From Eubacteriales bacterium (GTDB lineage Bacteria; Bacillota; Clostridia; Oscillospirales; CAG-272): DNA of 64,000 nt. The position numbers and the translations under genes were made by a program. Positions 1 through 8,682 of this stretch are shown piece after piece. The notes beneath the pieces were generated by a model. That model was not told where the DNA came from. It searched no databases and saw only the letters and a list, made by a program, of their open reading frames with translations. The DNA lies in NCBI GenBank assembly GCA_045649045.1, contig JAZRPF010000012.1, forward strand, positions 1,742 through 65,741, in the 5' to 3' direction. The stretch's first letter is position 1. The number at the start of each line of letters is the position of its first letter.

Positions 1-1
1 C

Positions 2-241
2 ACCGTCCGCGAAATCATCTCCAAGATACAGACCATGCGTAAGGATAACGGCTTCGAGGTCACTGACCACATCACACTCGGTGTTGCGGGCAACGACCGC
101 CTCGCAGAGCTTGTCAAGAAAAACGCCGCCTTTATCTCGGAGGAGGTGCTTGCCGATAAAATTCTCTATGAGGCATCCGCAACCGCGCGCGAATGGTCAA
201 TAAACGGCGAAAAGCTGACGCTCTCCGCCGACCGTATGTAA
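2..241 (+). CDS. ileS: Isoleucyl-tRNA synthetase, C-terminal fragment (gene begins upstream of the window)
   Basis: The frame is open from the window edge. The translation ...VREIISKIQTMRKDNGFEVTDHITLGV... resembles the conserved C-terminal tail of bacterial IleRS. The stop is at 239-241. Confidence 0.75.
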   Translation, partial: TVREIISKIQTMRKDNGFEVTDHITLGVAGNDRLAELVKKNAAFISEEVLADKILYEASATAREWSINGEKLTLSADRM

Positions 242-276
242 ATATTCAAAAATTCTCCTTTTTTCGCCTGTGCAGA

Positions 277-305
277 TTGACATTTCCGCCAAAATATGCT
301 ATACT
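277..305 (+). promoter_or_regulatory. Sigma-A type promoter: TTGACA, 17 nt spacer, TGcTATACT
   Basis: TTGACA lies at 277-282 and TATACT at 300-305, with a 17-nt spacer and an extended -10 TG. It sits about 60 nt upstream of the minD-like start. Confidence 0.55.
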
Positions 306-363
306 TTAAGCAGGAATCTTCGTCTTTCTGTGCAATTCCCCAAAAAGTAAGAGAGGCTTCCCT

Positions 364-1152
364 ATGAAATATCACCGTGTACTCATCACAAGCAGTAAGG
401 GTGGCGTTGGAAAATCCACCGTCACCGCCAATCTTGCCCGCGCCTTCGCTGCGCTCGGCAAGAGAACTCTTGTCATTGATTTCGACCTGTCGAACCGTTC
501 ACTTGATATGCTCTTCGGCTGTGAAGACCGCGTTTTATATGATTTGGGAGATTTAATTGACGGTACGGCAGACACAAAAGAGGTCGTCTTAAAGCGCAAT
601 CGCAACCTCTACTTTGTCCCGGGCTATGCGCTTTGCCGCACCCCTCCTGCCAAGGCCGCCTTTGAGCGTGCTTTAGGCAAGCTCGAGAGGGCTACCCGCG
701 CAGAAATTGTCCTGATTGACACCTCGGGTAGTGCTGATGCATCTGCCCATATCGCCTCAAAGCTTTGCGATGCGGCAATTGTCATCTCAACCGAAAGTGC
801 TGTCTCCATTCGCGCGGCAGAGTCATCCGCCGCCTTGCTGCAGGAGGCAGGTATTCAGAAGCAATGGCTGGTGATCAACCGCTTCCGTACCTCGCTCTTT
901 CGGCGCGACGATACCGCCACCGTTTCAGAAATCATTGACCGTACACGCCTCTCAATTCTCGGGCTTGTCCCGCACAGCGACTATCTCGCAAGTGAGCAGG
1001 AGGCAGGCAGACTGATTGCCGAGGCACACTACCGCGACAACTGCCGCGATGCCTTCCGCAATATTGCAAAACGCTTTCTTGGCGAGCAGATTCCCCTCTT
1101 TGACGGCTTCTCTCGCATGAGTGAATGGCGTCGGCGCATCCTTTTGCGCTGA
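364..1152 (+). CDS. MinD/ParA-family P-loop ATPase (MinD paralogue)
   Basis: It has the deviant Walker A SSKGGVGKST and is colinear by eye with B. subtilis MinD (VIDFDLSNRSLD, LVINRF...). No minC or minE gene is adjacent. Confidence 0.8.
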   Translation: MKYHRVLITSSKGGVGKSTVTANLARAFAALGKRTLVIDFDLSNRSLDMLFGCEDRVLYDLGDLIDGTADTKEVVLKRNRNLYFVPGYALCRTPPAKAAFERALGKLERATRAEIVLIDTSGSADASAHIASKLCDAAIVISTESAVSIRAAESSAALLQEAGIQKQWLVINRFRTSLFRRDDTATVSEIIDRTRLSILGLVPHSDYLASEQEAGRLIAEAHYRDNCRDAFRNIAKRFLGEQIPLFDGFSRMSEWRRRILLR

Positions 1153-1199
1153 AAGACGGACAAGCTGTCCCACATGATTAAGAATAGGAGAACGACCAG

Positions 1200-1643
1200 A
1201 TGGATATTGCTATCATTGCTGACGATGCGAAAAAAGAATTGATGGCACAGTTCTGCATTGCCTACTGTGCGATTTTAAGCAGACATCACCTCTTTGCCAC
1301 ACAAGTCACAGGAAAATATATTGCCGATGCGACAGGGCTTGATATTGACCTGCTCATGCCGGGCGAAAGCGGCGGCTGTGAGCAAATTCTCTCCCGTATC
1401 TCCTTCGACGAGGTTGACCTCATGTTCTATTTCAGAGATACCGAGCCGAAAATAGAGTTTTCCGATATTGACCGCGACCTTCTTCGCCTTTGCGATGTCC
1501 GCAATATCCCCGTCGCCACCAATATCGCAACGGCAGAGGCTCTCGTCATGGCTCTCGACCGCGGCGCAATCGATTGGCGCGAATTTATCAACCCCCGTTC
1601 CGACTACAATATCCGTCGCCGTGAAAAAGGGCTTCGTGGTTAA
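1200..1643 (+). CDS. Methylglyoxal synthase-like (MGS-like) domain protein with catalytic residues substituted
   Basis: It aligns along its full length with MgsA (IAIIADDAKKELM..., LFATQVTGKYI, LLRLCDVRNIPVATNIATAE). The catalytic positions differ, as described in the findings. Confidence 0.75.
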   Translation: MDIAIIADDAKKELMAQFCIAYCAILSRHHLFATQVTGKYIADATGLDIDLLMPGESGGCEQILSRISFDEVDLMFYFRDTEPKIEFSDIDRDLLRLCDVRNIPVATNIATAEALVMALDRGAIDWREFINPRSDYNIRRREKGLRG

Positions 1644-1745
1644 GACGCGGAAACAAGCTATATGAAGCATCAAACGGGCTGACGCATCATGCAACTCATC
1701 ATGCGTCGCCCGTCTTATTTTTGAAGCCGTGGAGGAATCGGATAC

Positions 1746-2237
1746 ATGAAACGCGCGTATATCAGAATGGTCAGCCATACCTACGCCTCGGACGGTGATG
1801 AAAAGTCAGGCAATCCCCCTCGCTTTGTCCCCGAGGATACCGTGACCGTCACCGTTCCAGCCCGCTTTTCAATGAAGCAAGACGGCTTCACCCTCGCCTT
1901 TGAGGAAAAAAACGAGGATGGCGCAAAGACCGAAACACGCATTGTCTATGAAAGCGAAGTGCGCATCCTCACCCTCTCGCGCTTCGGCTCTGTGCGCTAT
2001 ACCGCCACCTTCGAGATGGGCAAGACCTGCTCCTTTGTCTATGCAGTTCCACCCTTCTCCTTCGATGCCGTCGCCGAAACCGAAGGGCTTGATGTCCATA
2101 TAGACGAGGCGGGCGGAACGCTCACGCTTGCCTACCGCCTCACCGTCAGTGATGTCCTGCGCCACATCGAAATCCGCCTTGAAGTCACAACAGACGGTAA
2201 GACCTGCGGTACAGAAGAAAGGAACACATCAGCATGA
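1746..2237 (+). CDS. DUF1934 (YwiB-like beta-barrel) domain protein
   Basis: GGAGGA RBS lies 9 nt upstream. The sequence pattern ...LAFEE....G..T...I......L.LSRFG.V.....FE.GK...F.Y.... is typical of DUF1934. Its stop overlaps the holA start (ATGA). Confidence 0.55.
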   Translation: MKRAYIRMVSHTYASDGDEKSGNPPRFVPEDTVTVTVPARFSMKQDGFTLAFEEKNEDGAKTETRIVYESEVRILTLSRFGSVRYTATFEMGKTCSFVYAVPPFSFDAVAETEGLDVHIDEAGGTLTLAYRLTVSDVLRHIEIRLEVTTDGKTCGTEERNTSA

Positions 2238-3271
2238 CGGTCGCCGAACTTAAAAACCTCCTCAAAGCAAATGACCTCGCCAGACTTTTCATCTTTGCAG
2301 GCGAGGAAGATTATCTCAAACGGCATTACCTCAAGGAATTGCACCGAAAAATCCTCACCGACGATACACTTGCCGTCTTTAATCATGTGGTCGGCGAGGG
2401 CGAGGTCATTGATTTTCGTATGCTCTCCGATGCCCTTGAAACACCGCCCATGATGGCAGATATGAAGCTGCTCGAATGGCACCTCGCCAATATTGACCGC
2501 ATGAAAGAGGATGACCTGTCCTCGCTCAAGGAGCTCGCCGACCGCTGTCGCGAGGCTCAATCTGCGTGCATTGTCATCCGCGTCGACAAAGAGCATTTCG
2601 ATATGGGTACGCTCCCCAAAAAGCCATCCAAGCGATATCGCGAGCTAATTGAATCCGTCGCGATTGTCGACTTCCCGCGCTCAACCGACAGCCAGCTTGC
2701 CGCATGGATTGATAAGCACTTCGCAAGTGAAGGCATCAGCATCTCCCCTGCCCTCTCGCGCGCCCTGATTGAACGGGCAGGTCATTCGATGGATACCCTT
2801 TCAAACGAAATTGAAAAGCTCGTCTGCGCGCTCAAAGCCGAAAACCGCACAAGCCTTGCCGAGCATGACCTTGAAGCCGTTACCTCCCCCACAGCCGAGG
2901 AGGATGCCTTCGGACTTTCAAACGCCATTCTCTCGGGTGATGCCGCCACCGCATACCGCAAGCTCGGTGACCTGCGCCGCCGCCGCATCGATCCCTTAAT
3001 TGTGCTTGGCTCGGTTTCCAAGCTCTACGGCGAGATGGTCGCCATCTGCCGTCTGCGCGACGAGGGTGTGCCGCCTGCTGACATCTCACGCCTTCTGCGC
3101 ATTCACGAGTACCCCCTCTCGCTTCGACTGCGCGCCCTGCAAGGCAGGGATGAAAGCATCCCCGCCCGCGCCCTTGAAGCCTGCCGCGCCCTCGATGCCG
3201 CCGCCAAAGGCGCAGGCGGTGTCAATACCTATGTCGGACTTGAACGCCTCGTCGCCGAGTTTGTACGCTAA
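2234..3271 (+). CDS. holA: DNA polymerase III subunit delta
   Basis: It is 345 aa with an N-terminus ...LFIFAGEEDYLKRHYLKEL... and overall HolA-like organisation. It is translationally coupled to the upstream gene. Confidence 0.8.
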   Translation: MTVAELKNLLKANDLARLFIFAGEEDYLKRHYLKELHRKILTDDTLAVFNHVVGEGEVIDFRMLSDALETPPMMADMKLLEWHLANIDRMKEDDLSSLKELADRCREAQSACIVIRVDKEHFDMGTLPKKPSKRYRELIESVAIVDFPRSTDSQLAAWIDKHFASEGISISPALSRALIERAGHSMDTLSNEIEKLVCALKAENRTSLAEHDLEAVTSPTAEEDAFGLSNAILSGDAATAYRKLGDLRRRRIDPLIVLGSVSKLYGEMVAICRLRDEGVPPADISRLLRIHEYPLSLRLRALQGRDESIPARALEACRALDAAAKGAGGVNTYVGLERLVAEFVR

Positions 3272-3274
3272 TCA

Positions 3275-3328
3275 AAAAAGGTGATTCGCCTGTTGCCCAA
3301 AAGGACAACTGCACGAATCACCTTTTTT
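3275..3328. terminator. Bidirectional intrinsic terminator between holA and the convergent prsA-like gene
   Basis: The long hairpin AAAAAGGTGATTCG...CGAATCACCTTTTTT has an A-run on the left and a T-run on the right. Confidence 0.7.
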
Positions 3329-3330
3329 AT

Positions 3331-4443
3331 TTAATACACAACCTCCCAGTTGTTGTCAATGTCAAGTATCGAATACTTGCCCGTCACAGCCTCATCCCAC
3401 ACGACCTCACCGATGCGTTTGTCAACCGTGCGGTTGAATTCGTCCTCGGTCACCGCCGAAACGAATCCCTTGAACCAAGCGGCATTGTCATCCTCGGCAT
3501 AAGCACCGACAGGGCTTTCATAACGGTAGACAAGATACACACCGTAATCGCCCTCGGCAATTCCCGCCTCACCGACAGGAAGCGAAAGCGCAAGCGTAAT
3601 CACCGCCTCGTCATACACGCTGTCAGACCAAAGATAGTAGCCGTTTGGGTAATCCTTCGCACTCTCGTCCTCGTTGAACTGTCCCTGCCAGAAGAGAAAT
3701 TCATCCTCGTCCATGCCGTCTGCAAGATGCTCGCGAAGCGCCGCGATATTCGCCTCTGCCGTCAGAAGCGTCTCCTCGTCAAGCGTGGCGTGACTGCCGT
3801 CACTCTGTAATTTCCCCTTTGTCCGTATGAAAACGGTTTTGATGCGCGCATAGCGCGCCTGATATTCGCGCTCCAGAAGCCCCTGCGGCAACCCGCTTCC
3901 ATCCTGCCCGTACAGCATCGAATAAAGCATCGACACCTTGTAATCAAGCGTCACCGCACGGCGCAGGTCTGCAAGCGTACAGCCGTATCGGGCAAGCACC
4001 TCTTTGACCGCCCCCTTGCCGCCGCTATAAGCAATGATCTCATCAATTTTATCCTCAATCACGAGCTTGGCGGCATCGTTCAAGGAATAGCTCTCGTCAA
4101 AAATTGCCGCCGCCGCGACCTTGCGCGACATCTTCTCGCGGAACTCCCCGTCAAAGCGTTCCTTCCATGTCCGCTCGCCGTCATCCGACATTGACTGCCA
4201 CGAGGCCGTATCGTTCCGCAAGCCGTCATCCTTATGCGCATTCAAAAAGGACTGCTTATAGGTCGCAAGATAGTAAGCATACATCGGCTCGCTCACACCT
4301 GTCCCATCAAGCGTCACCACCGTCGGCGCAGGCTTGAAGAAAATCGCAAGCGCAAAAACAACCAAAAGAGACAAAAAAGTCAAGACGGATACCGCAATGA
4401 TGATCGTGCGGCGTTTTTTATTGGACCTCGCTGCTTGCTTCAT
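3331..4443 (-). CDS. Membrane-anchored PrsA/SurA-like chaperone (parvulin-like PPIase domain, diverged)
   Basis: The likely start is MKQAARSNKKRR, followed by one TM helix. Next comes a SurA-N-like helical region and a C-terminal segment resembling a parvulin domain (RIKTVFIRT...GDYGVYLVYRYE). It overlaps the mfd 3' end and occupies the usual position downstream of mfd. Confidence 0.5.
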   Translation of the reverse strand: MKQAARSNKKRRTIIIAVSVLTFLSLLVVFALAIFFKPAPTVVTLDGTGVSEPMYAYYLATYKQSFLNAHKDDGLRNDTASWQSMSDDGERTWKERFDGEFREKMSRKVAAAAIFDESYSLNDAAKLVIEDKIDEIIAYSGGKGAVKEVLARYGCTLADLRRAVTLDYKVSMLYSMLYGQDGSGLPQGLLEREYQARYARIKTVFIRTKGKLQSDGSHATLDEETLLTAEANIAALREHLADGMDEDEFLFWQGQFNEDESAKDYPNGYYLWSDSVYDEAVITLALSLPVGEAGIAEGDYGVYLVYRYESPVGAYAEDDNAAWFKGFVSAVTEDEFNRTVDKRIGEVVWDEAVTGKYSILDIDNNWEVVY

Positions 4444-7400
4444 GTTTGCTCTCCCCCTTCTCTTTTTCATCCTGCTCGCTCTGTGCCTCAATCGTAAGAA
4501 GCCGCGTGAGCAGATGGACGGCATACTCTGCCGCATCGGTCTTGTCGGGAATCTGACAGCGGATATAAGGATTCACACCGCCCATATACCGCAGAGTCAA
4601 AACCTCGGCAAAAAGCTCCGACCAGACATCCAGCTTCATTTCCTTTGATATAAAGCGCAGTTCGCGCTCATGCTGTTCAACGCGTAAAATTCTTGCGCGG
4701 ACGGCAAGCGCCCGACAAAGCGCGGCATTCAGAAGCCGCATGACAGGCATAGGCGGCTCACCGAATCTATCGCAAAATTCGTCCAGCACATCGCTCAAAT
4801 CCTCCTGTGTGCCAATGAGCGAAATCTTCTTATACATCTCCATGCGCTGTGCCGACGACGCAATATACCGTTCGGGAATATGCGCGTCGCCACGGAAGGC
4901 AACCGCCGATTCAAAGCCGACATCTGCCACCTCGCCCTTCTCTTCAAGCACCGCCTCGTTTAGAAGCCGAATATACATATCGTAGCCGACCGACTCAATA
5001 TGCCCGTGCTGCTCGGCACCCAGAAGATTGCCCGCACCGCGAAGCTCAAGGTCACGCAGGGCGATGCGGAAGCCCGCACCAAAGCCTGCATATTCACGAA
5101 TGGCCTCCAACCTCTTGGTCGCAATCTCGGAGAGTGCCTTCCCTGCTCTGTATGTGAAGTAGGCATAGGCGTGTCTGCCCGAGCGACCGACACGGCCGCG
5201 CAGCTGATGAAGCTGGGAAAGCCCCATGCGGTCAGCATCCTCAATAATCAGGGTATTGGCATTCGGAAGATCAACACCCGTTTCCACAATGGTGGTGCAA
5301 ACAAGCACATCAATCTCGCCGTTCACCATCTCCTGCCAGATGTCCTCAAGCTCTTCCTTCTCCATTTTGCCGTGTGCAAAAACCACACGCGCCTCGGGAC
5401 AGCCCTTTGCAATCCGCGCCGCCACCGTATCAATCGAGCCTGTGCGGTTATAAAGGTAAAGAACCTGACCGCCCCGCGATATTTCGCGGTGAATTGCCTC
5501 CGCAATCACGCCGTCATGATGCTCGAGTACATAGGTCTGCACAGGATAGCGGTCGCCCGGTGCTTCATCAAGCACCGACATATCGCGAATCCCACTCATC
5601 GCCATATTCAGCGTGCGGGGAATCGGGGTGGCAGTCAAGGTCAGAACATCGACATTTTGCGCCATACTCTTAATGCGTTCCTTCTGTGCAACGCCGAATC
5701 TCTGCTCCTCATCCACAATCAGAAGCCCAAGATCCTTGAATTCAACCTGCTTGCCAAGCAGACTGTGTGTGCCGATGATGATGTCAATATCCCCGCGCTT
5801 CAGTCGGCGCAAAATCTCCGCCTGCTCCTTCGGCCGCCGAAAACGCGACAGCATCTCGATGCTGACCGCATAGCCACGCATACGCGAGAGGCAGGTCTGA
5901 TAATGCTGAAGTGCCAGAATGGTGGTCGGCACCAGAATGGCAACCTGCTTGCCACCCACCACCGCCTTGAAGGCGGCGCGAAGCGCAACCTCAGTCTTGC
6001 CATAGCCGACATCTCCGCAAAGTAAGCGATCCATCGGCACAGGGCGCATCATATCCGCCTTGATTTCGGCAATGGAGACAAGCTGGGCGTCCGTCTCCTC
6101 ATAGGAAAAGGCATCGTCAAATTCACTTTCAAGAGAGGTATCGGGCGGAAACGCAAAGCCGCGCTTGCGCTGTCTTAGGGCATAAAGGGCAATCAGATCC
6201 TTGGCAATATCCTTTGCCGCACTCTTGGCGCGTTGCTTCGCCTTCTGCCAGTCATTGCCGCCAAGCTTCGATAGCTTGACCGTGCCGTCCTCGGCGGTAC
6301 TGCCAATATAGCGCGAAACCGTCTCAATCCGCTCGGCAGGCAGAAACAGCTTGTCAGTCCCCGCATAGCGAATGGTCACATATTCACGAAGCGCACCGTC
6401 CGTGCGGAGTGTTTCCATCCCCACAAACTGACCGATACCGTGCGCGTCATGCACCACATAATCGCCCGGGCGAAGCTCGGCATAGGAAAGAATGCGCTCA
6501 CCTGCATCCTTGCGCTTGACCGCGCGTCTCGTGTGACGGCGCACCGATACGCGCTCATCCTCGTCATTCGGAAGCAATAAAACCGCCCGCGGTGCGAGCA
6601 GCTCAAAGCCACCCGAAAAGTCACCCTCGCCGATATAGACAACCGAGGGCGCAAGCGATGAAAAGTCAGTTTCCTTCTCCCTATCGAGCCGCGCGACAGT
6701 AAAGCCACCGTCGGTAAGAGCACCTTCAATGCTCTCCGCCGCCGCCGCGTTTTCGGCAAGAATCAGTATGCGATAGGCAGTCTCCGTAAACGCACGCAAA
6801 TCCTCTGTCAGCAATGGGAGATTGCCCGCATAGCGCACGCCACGCCGACACCTGAATCCGAAAAGACCTGCCAGACGCGTCTGTCCAAGACCGCCCGCAA
6901 AGGGATTCAGGTGAATGACGGTATTTCTGTCGCAAAACGCCTTGAAGGTGCTGTCATCCCATTCGTATTCCGCAAGCTCACCTGCAATCAACCCCCGTTC
7001 AAGAAGCGCCCCCACCGCCTCATTCTGCATGGTGCGGTATGCCAAAAGCTGCTCGCTCGTTGCCGAGGTCCCCATCAAAAGCATCGGTGTGCGCGCACCC
7101 TTGTTGCGCCCGACCGACGAAAAATAGCTCAAAAGATTGTGTGCATCCTTATAAATCGTGCGGATGTATTTGTCGGCATTCTCAAGCGTGCGTCCCCCCT
7201 CAAGTGCGGCAAGCTCCGCACTTAAAATCGCAGAGGATTCCTCGCTCATGCTCTTTTTGAGCATACGGCGGATACGCGCCATGATGTCCGCCTTCGCCTC
7301 GTCGTCGGGAATCACCTCAAGGGCAGGCAGAAGAAGCACGCGCTCACACGGCTCCTCAATACGCTGTGAGTAGAGGTCGAAATAGCCCATGCGGTCAATT

Positions 7401-8023
7401 TCATCACCGAAAAATTCCATGCGGACAGGCTTTTCCGTCCCGCAGACAAAAATATCCAGAATCCCGCCTCGCCTTGAAAACTGTCCCGCCCCCTCAACCG
7501 CATCGGCGGCGGCATAGCCAAGCGACACAAGGCGCAGGCAGAGCGCATCAAGCTCACAGACATCGCCCGCTGCAAGTGAGAGCGAGGATGCGGCGAGCTT
7601 TTCGGGCGGCAGGGTGTACTGCAAGGCGGCGGACGGCGTTGCAAGCACCACATCCGCCTCTCCGTGCGAGAGGGCATACAAGACCGAAAGCCTCTCACGG
7701 TCATGCTCATGAGAGGCGGTAACAGGATACATCACAAAATCGCGGTAGGGATAGACAAGCGCCCTCATGCCTGCCTCGCCAAAAAGGCGGGTAAGCCGAC
7801 GGCACTCACGCTCATTCTCGGCAAGGCACAAAAGCGTTTTTTTGTGTACCCCCTGAAGCTCGGCGACAATTTCAAGGGCGGCGGCGTCAAGCGCACCGCC
7901 TGACAGCCCGTTTGCCGCAATCGGCAGTGATTTCGGCGCATTGAGCTGCTCACCAAGCACTTGAAGCAGATGCAAAAATTCGCGGTCAAGCCGAAGTGCC
8001 GAGGATACGGTACGAATATTCAC
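4418..8023 (-). CDS. mfd: Transcription-repair coupling factor
   Basis: It is 1201 aa and has a CarD-like domain (PGDYVVHDAHGIGQF), helicase motifs (GDVGYGKTEVA, DEEQRFG, TATPIPRT, QLRGRVGRS) and a TRCF C-terminal domain. Confidence 0.95.
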   Translation of the reverse strand: MNIRTVSSALRLDREFLHLLQVLGEQLNAPKSLPIAANGLSGGALDAAALEIVAELQGVHKKTLLCLAENERECRRLTRLFGEAGMRALVYPYRDFVMYPVTASHEHDRERLSVLYALSHGEADVVLATPSAALQYTLPPEKLAASSLSLAAGDVCELDALCLRLVSLGYAAADAVEGAGQFSRRGGILDIFVCGTEKPVRMEFFGDEIDRMGYFDLYSQRIEEPCERVLLLPALEVIPDDEAKADIMARIRRMLKKSMSEESSAILSAELAALEGGRTLENADKYIRTIYKDAHNLLSYFSSVGRNKGARTPMLLMGTSATSEQLLAYRTMQNEAVGALLERGLIAGELAEYEWDDSTFKAFCDRNTVIHLNPFAGGLGQTRLAGLFGFRCRRGVRYAGNLPLLTEDLRAFTETAYRILILAENAAAAESIEGALTDGGFTVARLDREKETDFSSLAPSVVYIGEGDFSGGFELLAPRAVLLLPNDEDERVSVRRHTRRAVKRKDAGERILSYAELRPGDYVVHDAHGIGQFVGMETLRTDGALREYVTIRYAGTDKLFLPAERIETVSRYIGSTAEDGTVKLSKLGGNDWQKAKQRAKSAAKDIAKDLIALYALRQRKRGFAFPPDTSLESEFDDAFSYEETDAQLVSIAEIKADMMRPVPMDRLLCGDVGYGKTEVALRAAFKAVVGGKQVAILVPTTILALQHYQTCLSRMRGYAVSIEMLSRFRRPKEQAEILRRLKRGDIDIIIGTHSLLGKQVEFKDLGLLIVDEEQRFGVAQKERIKSMAQNVDVLTLTATPIPRTLNMAMSGIRDMSVLDEAPGDRYPVQTYVLEHHDGVIAEAIHREISRGGQVLYLYNRTGSIDTVAARIAKGCPEARVVFAHGKMEKEELEDIWQEMVNGEIDVLVCTTIVETGVDLPNANTLIIEDADRMGLSQLHQLRGRVGRSGRHAYAYFTYRAGKALSEIATKRLEAIREYAGFGAGFRIALRDLELRGAGNLLGAEQHGHIESVGYDMYIRLLNEAVLEEKGEVADVGFESAVAFRGDAHIPERYIASSAQRMEMYKKISLIGTQEDLSDVLDEFCDRFGEPPMPVMRLLNAALCRALAVRARILRVEQHERELRFISKEMKLDVWSELFAEVLTLRYMGGVNPYIRCQIPDKTDAAEYAVHLLTRLLTIEAQSEQDEKEKGESKHEASSEVQ

Positions 8024-8682
8024 GAATATTCCTCCTTCGGATTCTCGACAACCGCGTGTAAGGCATCGTCAAATTTGCCCTCTACGGCAAATCGGCAGGC
8101 AGAAACAATGGACGGCACACGCGCACGGAGAGTCGCGCGGTCGGCATCGGGGAACTTGCCAAGCACCCAGTCAGCCAAATCATAATCGGGGTGCGGCTTC
8201 TGCCCTACACCGATTTTCAAGCGCATGAAATTGTCCGAGCCTAATTTTTCAATGATACTCTTCAAGCCGTTGTGTCCGCCCGCCGAGCCCTTGCGGCGAA
8301 AGCGCATCCGCCCGACAGAAAAGCTGATATCGTCACACAGCACAAGGATTCTTTCGGGTGGAATCTTGTAAAAGGAGGCCGCCTCGGCAACTGCCACACC
8401 CGACGAATTCATAAAGGTCTCGGGCATCATAAAAAGGACACGCGCAGAGCCGAGCATTCCGTCACAAACAAGCGCATGAAAGCGCGCGGTGTTCGGGCGC
8501 ACCCCCGCACTCTCCGAAACGGCAAGCAAGGCATCGAAGCCGACATTGTGACGCGTACCCTCATACTGCTTGCCGGGATTTCCAAGCCCGACTATCATAT
8601 AAGAAATGGGACAAGCGCCCGTACCCGCAGTACCGGCGCCTTTTTCTTCAATTGACCGAAATAAATCAAAAATATTCGCCAT
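8020..8682 (-). CDS. pth: Peptidyl-tRNA hydrolase
   Basis: It contains MIVGLGNPGKQYEGTRHNVGF and GHNGLKSI motifs. The start is either ATG 8682 (a 28-aa N-terminal extension) or ATG 8598. It overlaps the mfd start by 4 nt. Confidence 0.9.
   Translation of the reverse strand: MANIFDLFRSIEEKGAGTAGTGACPISYMIVGLGNPGKQYEGTRHNVGFDALLAVSESAGVRPNTARFHALVCDGMLGSARVLFMMPETFMNSSGVAVAEAASFYKIPPERILVLCDDISFSVGRMRFRRKGSAGGHNGLKSIIEKLGSDNFMRLKIGVGQKPHPDYDLADWVLGKFPDADRATLRARVPSIVSACRFAVEGKFDDALHAVVENPKEEYS

Noticed and set aside
5000-6025. A 341-aa plus-strand ORF, with several shorter ones, inside mfd
   Set aside because: It is antisense to a gene with unambiguous Mfd motifs. The translation is Arg/His/Cys-rich, low-complexity and has no motif. 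This is the typical antisense shadow ORF of a GC-biased coding region.
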